Assembly (NCBI GenBank): GCA_964019425.1
Contig: OZ025794.1
Coordinates: 1,178,001-1,242,000, forward strand
Source of the DNA: Flectonema sp. DT1601
Lineage: Eukaryota
Length of the DNA stretch: 64,000 nucleotides
Reading direction: 5' to 3'
Position numbers and translations under genes: made by a program
The notes under the pieces: model-generated
What the model was told of the DNA's origin: nothing
Seen by the model: the letters and a program-made list of their open reading frames with translations, nothing else
The model's database searches: none
In this document: positions 35,601 through 46,700 of the stretch, piece by piece
How the letters are laid out: the number at the start of each line of letters is the position of its first letter
Position numbering within the stretch: the first letter of the stretch is position 1

Positions 35601-38329
35601 CGAGGGACAGGAGTTCTTTGGTAACCCATGGAGGTGCTTGAGAGTTCCACTCGCTTTGAACGGCGACCCAGCAGCCAGATATGCCTTTGTTCCTCCTCGC
35701 AGTCCACCGGCACCGGTCATTAAGAGCAGTATTGTTTGCAACAGGCACTCTGACTGCCATCCATACAGATGTGGTTCAATTAGAGGAGTTCCTGACTACG
35801 AATTGGCTCAGGACACCTGTCAGATTACTTGTGAGATCTTCGATGACTGCTCTGAAGGATTCGCTTGTTTCAACAAGTTCTGTATCCAGTTGAGAGCACC
35901 TGCTGCTCCATGTTCGATTGACCGTCAGTGTGCTTCGGGACACTGCGTTGATGGAATCTGTTGTAACACTGCGTGTGACAGTCCATGTCAGACATGCAAC
36001 AACCTCGGTGTTTGTGGATGGGTTGATGTTGGAACTGATGATAGAAATGACTGTGGTTCGTGTATGACTTGCGTTGAGGCCATCGCTGCTGAGAACGACG
36101 GATCGCTCCGTACCTGCGGACTGGTGAACGATGGAATTGACAGAAAGTTCGACTGCGGAAACAACGGAGTTTGCAACGGAAATGGTGCGTGCCGCTGTGA
36201 CGCCAACCTCGAAACCGGATTCTGGGCAGGAGAAAAGTGTGACCGCTGCTTCAGGGGATACTCTGGTCCGCTGTGCACAAGGATTGATGCTCGCTTGGCG
36301 CCACCGGCACCAGCAACCAGAGGAGCTCCTCCACAGACGGTGAACGCCCCCCTCACTGTTGAAAGAAGAGCTATTCAATTCCCAATTAGAGTTCTCGACT
36401 TCTCTACTCAAATCATTCCAGGAAACATTCACAACCTTGTCGGTGAACCAGATGCTGCTGAAGACTACTACGTGCAGGATGAACCACACAGAAGCGCTGC
36501 TTGGGAACCAGTTCAGGTATGTTTATTTGTTATATCATCGTTTTGTGGAAAGAGTGAGTGAACACCGCGGTCGGGGAGTTTTCTACTTTGTCAGAAATGG
36601 AAAAAAAAAAAAAAAAAAAAAAAACAATCGCACCACAACAAAAACAGTACTACTGCGACCGTAGAAGAACTTACAAGGGACCATGCAGACAGCCAACCAG
36701 AAAGGTTGACTGGCAGAATGCGCTTCAGTACGTAGTGTTGGAGTACGAGGAGCCAGTCTACTTGTCTCAGGTATGTTGTTATTTACTTTAGTGAACTGAT
36801 GTCTTTTATTATTATATTAGAATGTGTGGAGGAACGTGAGAGGAAAAAAAAAAAGAAGGCAGAAAAGTAGCAAACAACTAAACAACAGGTTTATGTATTC
36901 GAGAACGCTGAGCCAGGTTCCGTCGTGTCCATCTGGGCTCAGCCAGCGCAGAAGGGTGCTGATGCTTCCCCAGGTGGAGGTGCTCCAGGAAACGATGTCG
37001 TGGGTGCCACTGGTGTTGTCGGAGCCGCGGCCGCAGTCAGAAGACCAACAAACGTCAACGCTCAGGTACTTGAGAACGTCACTCCGGAAACCGCAAGCGC
37101 TGCTGCCACCGCCACCACCGTCCAAGCGTCTTCCGTTAACACCAATCCGCAGAACTTCGAACTCATTTGGAGCAGAGAGAACCCTGTATGTGTTTTTAGT
37201 TAGTTGTTGTAGTTGTTTCAGGGATTTAACGAAATCAATGTCGTCGTTGATATTTTAGTTCTAATTTAGGATATTTCTTTTGGATGAAAAAAATATTCGG
37301 AAACCAAAAGAGAACAAAAAAAAACAGGAATTCTACACCGAATCCATCTCTCGTATCTACACACCTGCTTCAAACGCCAACCCGTTTGCACACCCAAGCA
37401 CTCCGGTGTTGTTGCGTGCAGGAGACCCAGACTCTGCTGTTAACGTGCAGTGGAAGACGAAGGTGATCAAGTTGGTTATTCAGCCAAACAGCAACAGAGT
37501 TTCACAGATTGACTCGGTTGCCATTCTCGGATTCTCTGTCTCAAGTCTAAACAGAACTGGTGAATGCCCGGGAGCAACTTCCGTTCCAACTGGTAATGGA
37601 AGAACCATCGACGTCATGTGCAACGGTAACGGTGTTTGCAGAGCAAAGGGATGTGAGTGTAAGGGTAACTGGGATGGTGCCGACTGTGGTAACTGCAAGT
37701 TCGGATGGGCCGGTGAGGACTGTGAAGTCAGCGTCGTCCGCAGCGTCCCAGCGATCAACTTCTGCGCCGTCGCCATGTTCGAAGACCTTCAGGACTTCGA
37801 AGGAGACACTCTTGAGATTCGTTGGATGATCCAGGACTACACTTTTAGATCATCGAGAGTTATGAGACCTCGTCATTTTGGTACTAAGTTTGTGTCACCA
37901 CAAATCACTTTGGGTGACCATTCTCACGTTCGTATCCAATCTGGATTCTTCATTATGGACATGCCAAGATCTGAGGACTCTGGTGTTATCTCTCGTGTTG
38001 CAAGACGTAGAACTTCAGCTCCAGGTAGAGACAGAACTGAAACTGAGAGACAAGAAGATGGAGAGAGAGTTATCTACTTGAAGAGAGCCCCATATGTCAC
38101 TGGTGTGAACGTTATCGGTTCAGGAAAGGGAGACACTTCTGATCAAATGGACATCACCACATCATGGGATTCTTCAACTCTCAGTGTTGAATTTGAGATC
38201 TGGTCCCCAGATATCGCTGACAACGCCAACAGAGGAAACCACAGATTCACTCTCACTTACTTCATTGTTGAATCATGCACCTACCCATCACAGTCGGGTA
38301 CCGACAACCCAGACACGGAATTGAACTAG
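5611..38329 (+). CDS. Giant secreted multidomain protein (~10,644 aa) with an N-terminal degenerate leishmanolysin/GP63 (peptidase M8) domain. Exons 5611-5771, 6165-36516, 36648-36770, 36889-37185, 37328-38329
   Basis: Signal peptide MKSAIISVGAILCLFGQADA. Four GTATGT...AACAG introns all preserve frame (31,935 nt spliced CDS). M8-like motifs RPIVG, HELVQALG, ARLHFNC, GLEVED, LTLAMLDDTGFY, LSWG..AGC. C-type lectin ~8580-9110, many D-x-x-G-N Ig-like repeats, WSC/PAN-like modules, Kelch ~19340-20780, laminin-type EGF and Cys-rich repeats. Confidence 0.9.
5772..6164 (+). other. Spliceosomal intron 1 (393 nt, phase 2)
   Basis: GC|GTATGT ... CAACCAAACAG|T joins the signal-peptide exon in frame to the 30-kb ORF (..QKTAA-DVQARQD..). 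Confidence 0.8.
36517..36647 (+). other. Spliceosomal intron 2 (131 nt, phase 0)
   Basis: CAG|GTATGT ... ACAAAAACAG|TAC; removes an in-frame stop and a poly-A run. Confidence 0.85.
36771..36888 (+). other. Spliceosomal intron 3 (118 nt, phase 0)
   Basis: CAG|GTATGT ... AAACAACAG|GTT; yields continuous YEEPVYLSQ-VYVFENAEPGSVVSIWA. Confidence 0.85.
37186..37327 (+). other. Spliceosomal intron 4 (142 nt, phase 0)
   Basis: CCT|GTATGT ... AAAAAACAG|GAA; joins in frame to the terminal exon. Confidence 0.85.
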
Positions 38330-38389
38330 ACTCATTCTCAGTGTCATTTTTTGATCCTCCCCTCCCATTCTCACCTCCAAAAACCACCC

Positions 38390-38424
<35 letters not shown>

Positions 38425-38963
38425 CTTTCCGTATCGTTCACGCGGGTGAACGATTCCGACCGAACCATACTTCAGAAAAGAAGGAAAATTTAAAAACAAA
38501 AGGAAGAAAAAAAAAAAAAGAAAAGGTGAAACCTATTATATGATTCCCTAATGTAATCGCCATGGAATCATGGCAGGGAATAATTGAATGAAACAGAAAA
38601 GGAAACCAATCATTGATCCCATCCATCTCCTTGGCATCCCCCCCCCCCACCCCTTCACCTTCTAGAATGGAAGAGAGGGTTTTTGCCACTGCTTTGTTTA
38701 CGTTTTTTTAATTTTGTTTTCGTGTTTTCCATTTGAAAAGCTCTGTACCTGCACCTCCCAGGGGGAACCGCCGTAAACAGCTTATGTTGTGTTGCGTTGT
38801 GTTGTGTTGTGTTGTGTTGTTTTGTGTTGTGGAATTATTGTGTCGCCTGCATTTGGGTGATGCTATCAACTTGCTAAAAAGATTTTCTATTTCTCTATAC
38901 TGTTTTTTTTCCCTGTGCGATTCATGGAACAGGAAGGAGAAGAAGGAAAAAAAAAAAAAAAAG

Positions 38964-38994
<31 letters not shown>

Positions 38995-38998
38995 ACGG

Positions 38999-39037
<39 letters not shown>

Positions 39038-40794
39038 TAATGTAAGAAAACCGTAGGAGTTTTTTTTTGATTAAAGACGTTGCCTCAACGAAGGATGTGG
39101 GGTCTGCACTTTATTTATGTCAGAAGAGTATTTATCCCCCATCATGACCCTTTTTTGATGTCCTTCTTCTTGAAATGAACGAAGGTCCCAACCCCAGCCA
39201 CTTGGGTTAGTCTGCAGCTTTGTTCCTGGAAGGAGTGAAAGAAAAAAAGAATGCTCTCTGTATGTGGGAAAAAGACGAAAATTTCGTTTTTTCTATCTTT
39301 TTGACGTCTTTTTTTGTTTGTGGAATTCGGCTAACATGAAATCAGGATGGTGGAGGAAGGTTCTTCGCAGTCTTTCCGTCCTCTCACCCGAGCCTGTTTT
39401 ATTATGTGTGATGGTGTTCGCGAAACTCAAAACTGTTTATGGTTTTGGGCCACATACTTAGAAATTATTCTGTAGTCTATTTGAAGAGACTCATGGTTCT
39501 TCACGTGATTGACTTTTTCTTGCACTTTTCCTGGAAAGGAAGTGTTCCCCAGACAATACCATTCACGCAACACTTTGAGTTCTTGATTAAGCATGTAAGA
39601 TATTTATTCTTGTGCGTCTCGTGGTTAAGGAGCTTCAGCTCTTTTTTTTTACCATTCGACTGCTGTCATTGCTTAACACTTCTTAGCACTGCAAATCATA
39701 TGCAACACCAATAATGGGTTGGCGTTTAGTTGTTTTTTTACCTCCCCCCTCTCTCTCCCCTGATAACCCGTGCGTGGAAATCTCATGGTGATTTTCTGTA
39801 AAGCTACGCAAATGCGAGTTTTACGGAAAGACTTAGCACCGTGTAGTTACCAAACGCAATCTGCGAGCGATTTTATATCATATTCGAAACAGCTTCAGTT
39901 CAATTATCGTGTCCCGGAAGGGAGACGATCGGTCGGAGCTGTCTGCAAACTGTCTTGATTTAGTTTCCCCTTCTTTGCTCCCATTATTTTACTCCTTGAT
40001 TTGCTTTCCTTTCCTTTCGAACTTACCTGGATGCTTTTTCTCGAAAATTCGAAATGTGGAAAAAAAATTCACAGAAAAAAAAGAAAAGAAAACAAGCTCG
40101 TTCACAATCTCACCCTCCAATTCCTTATCCCCATTCTAATTATGTGCATATTATAGTGATTGTCGCTTTTGCGGTATCAGGATCTTCGTTTCATTTTCTC
40201 ACACAAGGTCTTGTTTTTGCATTATATTTGCAAACATTTTCCCTATAACCAGTTGCTCGGCTGCTGAGGGGTTGAAAGTTAATGTAAGGCTGGCTTTTTC
40301 CCTTCTGCACTTGCACTGTTCTGTAGCAGCTCTTTTTTGATGTTTCCGTCATTTGTTTGGTCTCTTTTTACGCTTTCCCCTCCACCCCCGCCATTCGATT
40401 TTTTTATTTTATTTCCTTTATCGAACATTCCAGCAAAGAGAAAAAAAAAAAAAAAAAAAAAAAAAACTGGTTGATATCAACAGGCAACTCCCTTTTATTA
40501 GTATCTGCAACTTTCTTGAGCCTTCAGGGTGCTTGTCATCATCTCCCTTTGTGGCGCTAGGAAGCAACAGTTGATGATCCGTTTACTTTTAATTATCATT
40601 TTTTCTTTTTACAGAAGAGAACACTGCAGCTAATATTTAAAAGAAAGAACAAGCAAACCGGATAGTCAGTTATTCATAGAAGCACAACAATCCTATAAAG
40701 GTAGATCGCAACTCCCTCTCAGCAGAAAGTCGTAAGCTAAATAACACATTACGAATTATATTATTTCTTCAGTATTCCATATCTGCTGAGTAAA

Positions 40795-43700
40795 ATGGAA
40801 GAAAGTTGTACCCGTCAGCATTTGGTAGTTACGTTGACAGCCAACCCACCGACTGTTCGAGTTGTTGGTCCCGTTGCTGCCGAAACGGTTTGGAGGATGA
40901 AGGCTGCTCTGCAGTCAGAATTAACAAGTGGAAAAGGGTGGAGTGAATTGAGAGAAAAACCACTACCTCATTGGATAATTCGTTTTGACTCTGAACACGT
41001 CGATCCTGTTATAAAAACAAGTTTCCTACTACTACAGATAATTGAAACCTTAGAGACAAGAGTATGTGGAAAGTGGATGATACTTGATAGCCATGGCACA
41101 GCTGATCAAGCATTAATACCTGGTGCGAATGCTGCTTGTGTTAGACATCCTTTCTCTGATGATCCAGAGAAAGCATCATTCACAACAACTCTCTTCTTTG
41201 AGAGAATCGTAGAAACGAAAATTGTAAACAACTACTGTAAACATGAAGCCTCTACTCCTTCAGAGATCGCAACCCTTTCCTCAAAGGGGAAAGGCGTTAC
41301 AGAGGAACACAAAGAACTAAAACTAATGCTACAAGGAATTGAAGCAGGCTACATAACTGTTAACATGCCCGATGCTGATGGACAAACAGCCCTTCACCTC
41401 GCATGCAGCATTGCACAAAGAATTGTTGCGGAAGATGCAAAAGAGAATATAACATTTTTGTTAGAAATGGGTGCCAATCCGATGTTGCTGAACCGAGACA
41501 AGGTCCGCCCCGTTGATTATGCTCTGAGGCAATCCGTACCTCACAGTGAGAATAATTGTTTGTTAGCGATCAATAAGTACCTTCTAATTGTACATAAGAA
41601 ACTCATGGAGAGAAAGCCGCCCGACCCGATAGCTGAACTCAATCACAGTGATATTTCTGACTGCTGTTTTTCAAGAGTCGTGTCCAGCATGGTTTACTAC
41701 TCATCTGATGTGTCAGCGTCGTTGTGTTGTAGAGATCTTGTGGGATGTGTTTCAGCTGTAGTCTTTACACCTCTTCCTCCGGGAAGTTCATTCATTGTAA
41801 TCCCTTATAGTGATTCGTTACACACAGGTAGGGTACTTGATTATATTTTACTTAGCAATGGCTACCTGCTAAAAGTTGATCACAGAACTTCAGAACCAAT
41901 TACTACGCAATATCAAACGGACTTTCGTTGTAAACGTAGACTGTCAACAATGATCTGGGTCGATGATTCCATAGCAGTTAAACAGAAATTGAACGCAAAC
42001 GACACCCAGACATCACGTCGTAAGCTGCGGCCTACCTACTTGGATGCGATGAAAAAAGAGTTAGACAGTTTAGAAGAGGAAGATCGCGAGGCGGAAAAAA
42101 CAAAAATTGGATCGAGATCGAGATCGAGTATTATTGATAGCGACACGGACATCTCTCTGGCATTTGCTAAGAACTTGTTGCTGTATCCGCATAATCAAAT
42201 CGAAAGCAGTCAGGAAGAAAATACGAAGCCTGTTCCTGATACGTCTGACTTAGCAACACAGACATCATCATCACCTGGATGTTGGGTTGGTATACTTGCT
42301 GCTATTGTCACACAATCTGAATTAGATTTGCCATCTGGAGAAGTAGCACCTGACAGAATGGTTTGTCTTTACATCCCACCTTTGTGTGGCACCACCACCG
42401 ATTCTGGAAAAGCCCTCTCTGACGCTATTCAAAAGGGATGGTCTGAACTCCCTTTCATTAAAAAAAGGGAATCAGACCAACCTCTCCGATCTTTAGAATT
42501 CCAGCTGACCCAATCCCAAGTTATTACATGTATCGGATCCAGTTCAAGTCCGGGCCAGGGAATAATTGCAATCGGATCAGAATCTGGAGGCTACGGTGTT
42601 TATAATTCTGTGACGATGGATTTTTCGTATGTAGAAGTTGATCCTTCTGAAATGAAGGAATCTCGTGGTAATTTAGAAGCGGACACGGAGCCTCTAAATA
42701 TCTCATCTATAGAGGTGCAGTGTTCGAACAGTATCACGACTGTTATTTTATTCTCAAAAGGCATTTCCATTTTTGAAGCGAAACTACCTCAGGGAAATAA
42801 AGGTTCATCGCCACTTGTAGAAAAATATCGTTTTTCTAGGGGGCTTGAAACCTGCAGTGGCATTTTTCATCCAAATAATAAAAATTTAATTATTTATTTC
42901 AAAGATGGTATTGTATATTGTTACTGTACTAAGTTACAGCAGGTGTGTTGTGTAGCACCATTGCTTCTTACAACGTATGAGGTCGATCGAAAAAAAGAAG
43001 ACGACGACGCATCTGATGTAGCGACACTAAGATACTCTTCAGGAACTCAGCATCTCTCCTTCTCATCTGATGGGGAATATCTTATGAGACGTAATGAAAT
43101 GTATCATTGTGTTAGTATTTATTCATGGAGTCCGTTCTTTAAGAATTGTATAACAAGAATGCATCAGGCAATGTCTGTCGATAACACACCAGTGGATATA
43201 TATTGTCCATTGTTGCAGCATTGTATTCCAAAGACTTTGTTAAAAGCGTTTTTATCTCAGCAACACAGCAGTCAGAAATCAGTTATTGAACTGACAGAAC
43301 AATTGGTGTCGTTTTACAATGCGACGGAGAGTTGGGGTCTTCCGACGTCGTTTTGTGATGCTGATGGAAGGACTGCAATTCATTTGGGAATGATATTGGC
43401 GTCAGCAACTGATTTGAGAATATCACAATATGCATCGGAAGTAGTAACGAAATTATTACAAAAACAATGTAATCTTTTCACGTGTGACTACTCTCAACTC
43501 CGTCCCTACGATGCATTGAATTCTTCCTGTGGTGGTACTCTACAACTTTCAGATTCTACTTCAACTAATTTAGCTCTTAAAGCTGTGATTCAGTACAAAC
43601 AGAACGTTATTCATGAACTTAGTGAGAACCCAGTACTTCTTAATGTTGTATCGGAGCTTTCTGACAGATGCAGTCAGGCATCATTTTCTGGATTTTGTGA

Positions 43701-46700
43701 TAGTCTAGTATACTTTACTAGTTTAGAAAATGATTTGTATGTGGTTAACATTGAGAAAAGGTTTAGTGCGAGGATAGGATCGTATCCTGAGACTATAAGG
43801 ATGGCTGTTTTCCCATATTCGATTGCGATGCATGGTCCTCATCGTTGTAAGGATTTTATTATCTTATCGAACGGACTAATTCTAGTCATCGACTACATCA
43901 ATGGTATTACAGAAACACCAATTGTATCTCAAAAACAAACACTACTCAGAGCTGACGTACTTGTTGGTGCCAACCACGGATGCTGCTTAGCAGTTTCTTG
44001 TATAAGAACAAAAAATTATACAAAGCCTCAAAAAGGACACAACGCAACATCATACATGGATTACAGCATGGGAGCTGTTGCTGCAATATGTTACAACGAA
44101 TCAACAGATGCAAGAGAGATAAGAGTGTTGCAGATATCGTCTATATTATATTCTGATAATAAAACAGGATTAGATTTTATTTGCGGAGCCATAGACATGG
44201 GATGGGTCTCTAAAAACGCTCTCTCCACAGTCATAAGTCTTCCTTCTGAAGTAATCCCATCTCAAATGTCTGCAACGAACACTGAAAAACACACTGCCGG
44301 CTACGTTATGACCGTACTTGAGTGTCCGTATGATGGAATAACTGTTGGTTATGTGCAGGGTCCTAATAGAACCATTTTAATTCAGAGTAGTCGTTTTTCG
44401 GATGAAGGGTGTTCAGTCGGATGTAGCATTAAAATAACAGAAACTGATGACGATAAGGATGTGCTTACGGCAGTCCGATGCAGCCGTTCCATTGAAATAT
44501 TTCAAATCTTTATCAAAGAAATTGACAATTCTTCTGCCAGTCGAATAGAAGAGTTGTCCCCAATAATCGACATCCCTGGATGTGATCATATGTCTGAACC
44601 AGTCTCTGCTACTTTCTGTAATAAAAAAATAAATACTCACGATCACCTTCTATACATCAGAGAAGGTACTCTTTTCATAATTGACATACAAACCAAAAGC
44701 ATAACTGAAATAACCCGAACTGTGTTATCAACAGCAGAACAAAGGCGAAAATTAAGTGATGGAGACGACCCTTCAGAAGTCGGAGTGTCGGGGTATCAGT
44801 TATTGAATATGAGTGGTGGTGATGAATACTTATTTAGATTAAATACTTTTTACGAAACCGTTGTGTTGTATGAGTGGGATTCTATAAAAAAAAGATTAGA
44901 ATCCGGATTTATAAATAATGCTGTTCCCTTGCAAATGACACCCGAGGATAGACCTCCACGGAGAATCGAACTGCGCGGGTCATTACGACGGATGTCAACT
45001 ATAAATAAATCTCTTAGAGAAAAGCGACATGAGCTTTTAACACTTATTGATGCCATCACAGCAGGGATGGTAAATGTTAACTTTGTTGATAGTGATGGCA
45101 AGTCTACTTGTCACATTGCTTGTGACATAGCTCATCTCTTGCCTGCAGCTGAGTCGGTTAACATTATTTACTTTCTAATAACGAAGGGTGCGAATTTGTA
45201 TCTTTGCGACAACACAGATGCTCACAGTCGTCCAATTGATATTTTATTCTCAAGTGGATCTCAACGTGAGAATCTCTCAAAAGCAATATCTCGTTATCAG
45301 CAACAAACGCTACACACAGAACTACCTGTCCCTGATGAGCCTAAGTATGTTGGAGAAGATTATGTTTTACAAGTTTCTGTATCAGAGGTCTCTCCCTGTA
45401 CATTCTTTGTTATGTCTTTGCAAGACAGTAATCAGAGAACGTTGAATGAGAATCGCTATGCTGACCGACTCACAAAAATCACCTCATACAATGTAGAGAC
45501 GAACACTGTTGGTGTAGTACGAGACTCGATGAGAGGCACATCTTTTAAAGTGATTCCACACAGTAAGGCGATTCACGGGACTACCGGAGGTATTGATTTT
45601 ATAATAACACAGGATATGATTATATCCGTATTGTTCACATCAAAGGGAACAGCAATTGATGAACACTTTATTCCTATAGTTGATTTATTTCCAGGACTAT
45701 CTCCAGTCTCTGGTGATTTAGATAATCTTATTACTTTCTTGTGGGCTCCCGACACCATCTCAGACGAACAAGACCCCCCTGAAGAGTACAGAGATATGTT
45801 TGGATCTGTTGCGTATCCCTGTGATAATAATCAGTTTAAAATTATGAGGATACCGAGAATCGAACATGATGATCGACATAGAGCAAAATACTTTATAATG
45901 CTGATGAAGTTATCAAGTCCAGTTGAAGTGACTGTTGGATTTAAAGAAGGGGACTTTGGAGATTGTTTGAAAATAGCAACCTCTTCATGGCATCGCATTA
46001 CTAATATAGGCCTTTACTACATAGTAGCTGCTGCTCCTCCTTTGGGATGTCAGGTGACAGTTATATCACATAGAGGAACAGTACTTCAACAGTCATTTGA
46101 GAAAGATATGTTTTCATCAGAGCCAGCAACCCTAATGAATCTCACGAACGTTGCTAATGACAATCTTCGATGTCCTCCTCACATCAGACCACTGAGCACT
46201 CCTTTTAGGATGTATGCTCAGTCAGAGTATTTTGTTGTAGTCACTTGTTTTTCTTTTAAATTATACAAAATTGATTTGGTGTTCGCAGCAGAATCAAAGC
46301 AAAGCTCAAATACGATTTCATTCATAAATAAAACGAAAATAATAATGAGAGAAACTGATACTCTTGACTGTATGACTGCAATGTTTGTACCTGGTGGTGG
46401 TGATGATTACTTGTACTTACTTGTTGATAATGAGCTGTTGGGATATTCATTGCGCGATGATATTATGTGTGCTCTGGGAACCTTAGGACTACACACCGTA
46501 GATAGACAACGATTAAGCTTTGATGGTGACAAAACTGAATCAAAACTCATCGGAGAGCTCTCACTGAAATCTTCTTTTTCCGGAAGGTTTTTTTCTACAT
46601 TCAATTCATACACTTCGACATTTGCTATTTACGATGTGAAATCATATTATTTTGCGTTGGAATCCACACTCTCCAGACCAGTTGTAAGTCAGAATGCTAT

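Noticed and set aside
6304..36489. Numerous antisense and alternate-frame ORFs (up to 305 aa) inside the giant exon
   Set aside because: Expected from codon bias of the sense gene; no recognisable domains.
6220..36561. ORF-track start (GTG 6220) and stop (36561) as the true gene ends
   Set aside because: A signal-peptide exon upstream and three frame-preserving exons downstream explain the sequence better.
38330..40790. Short ORFs or RNA genes in the long intergenic region
   Set aside because: Low-complexity poly-A/T, (ACA)n and (TGTGT)n sequence; no tRNA, rRNA or spliced-leader RNA signature recognised.
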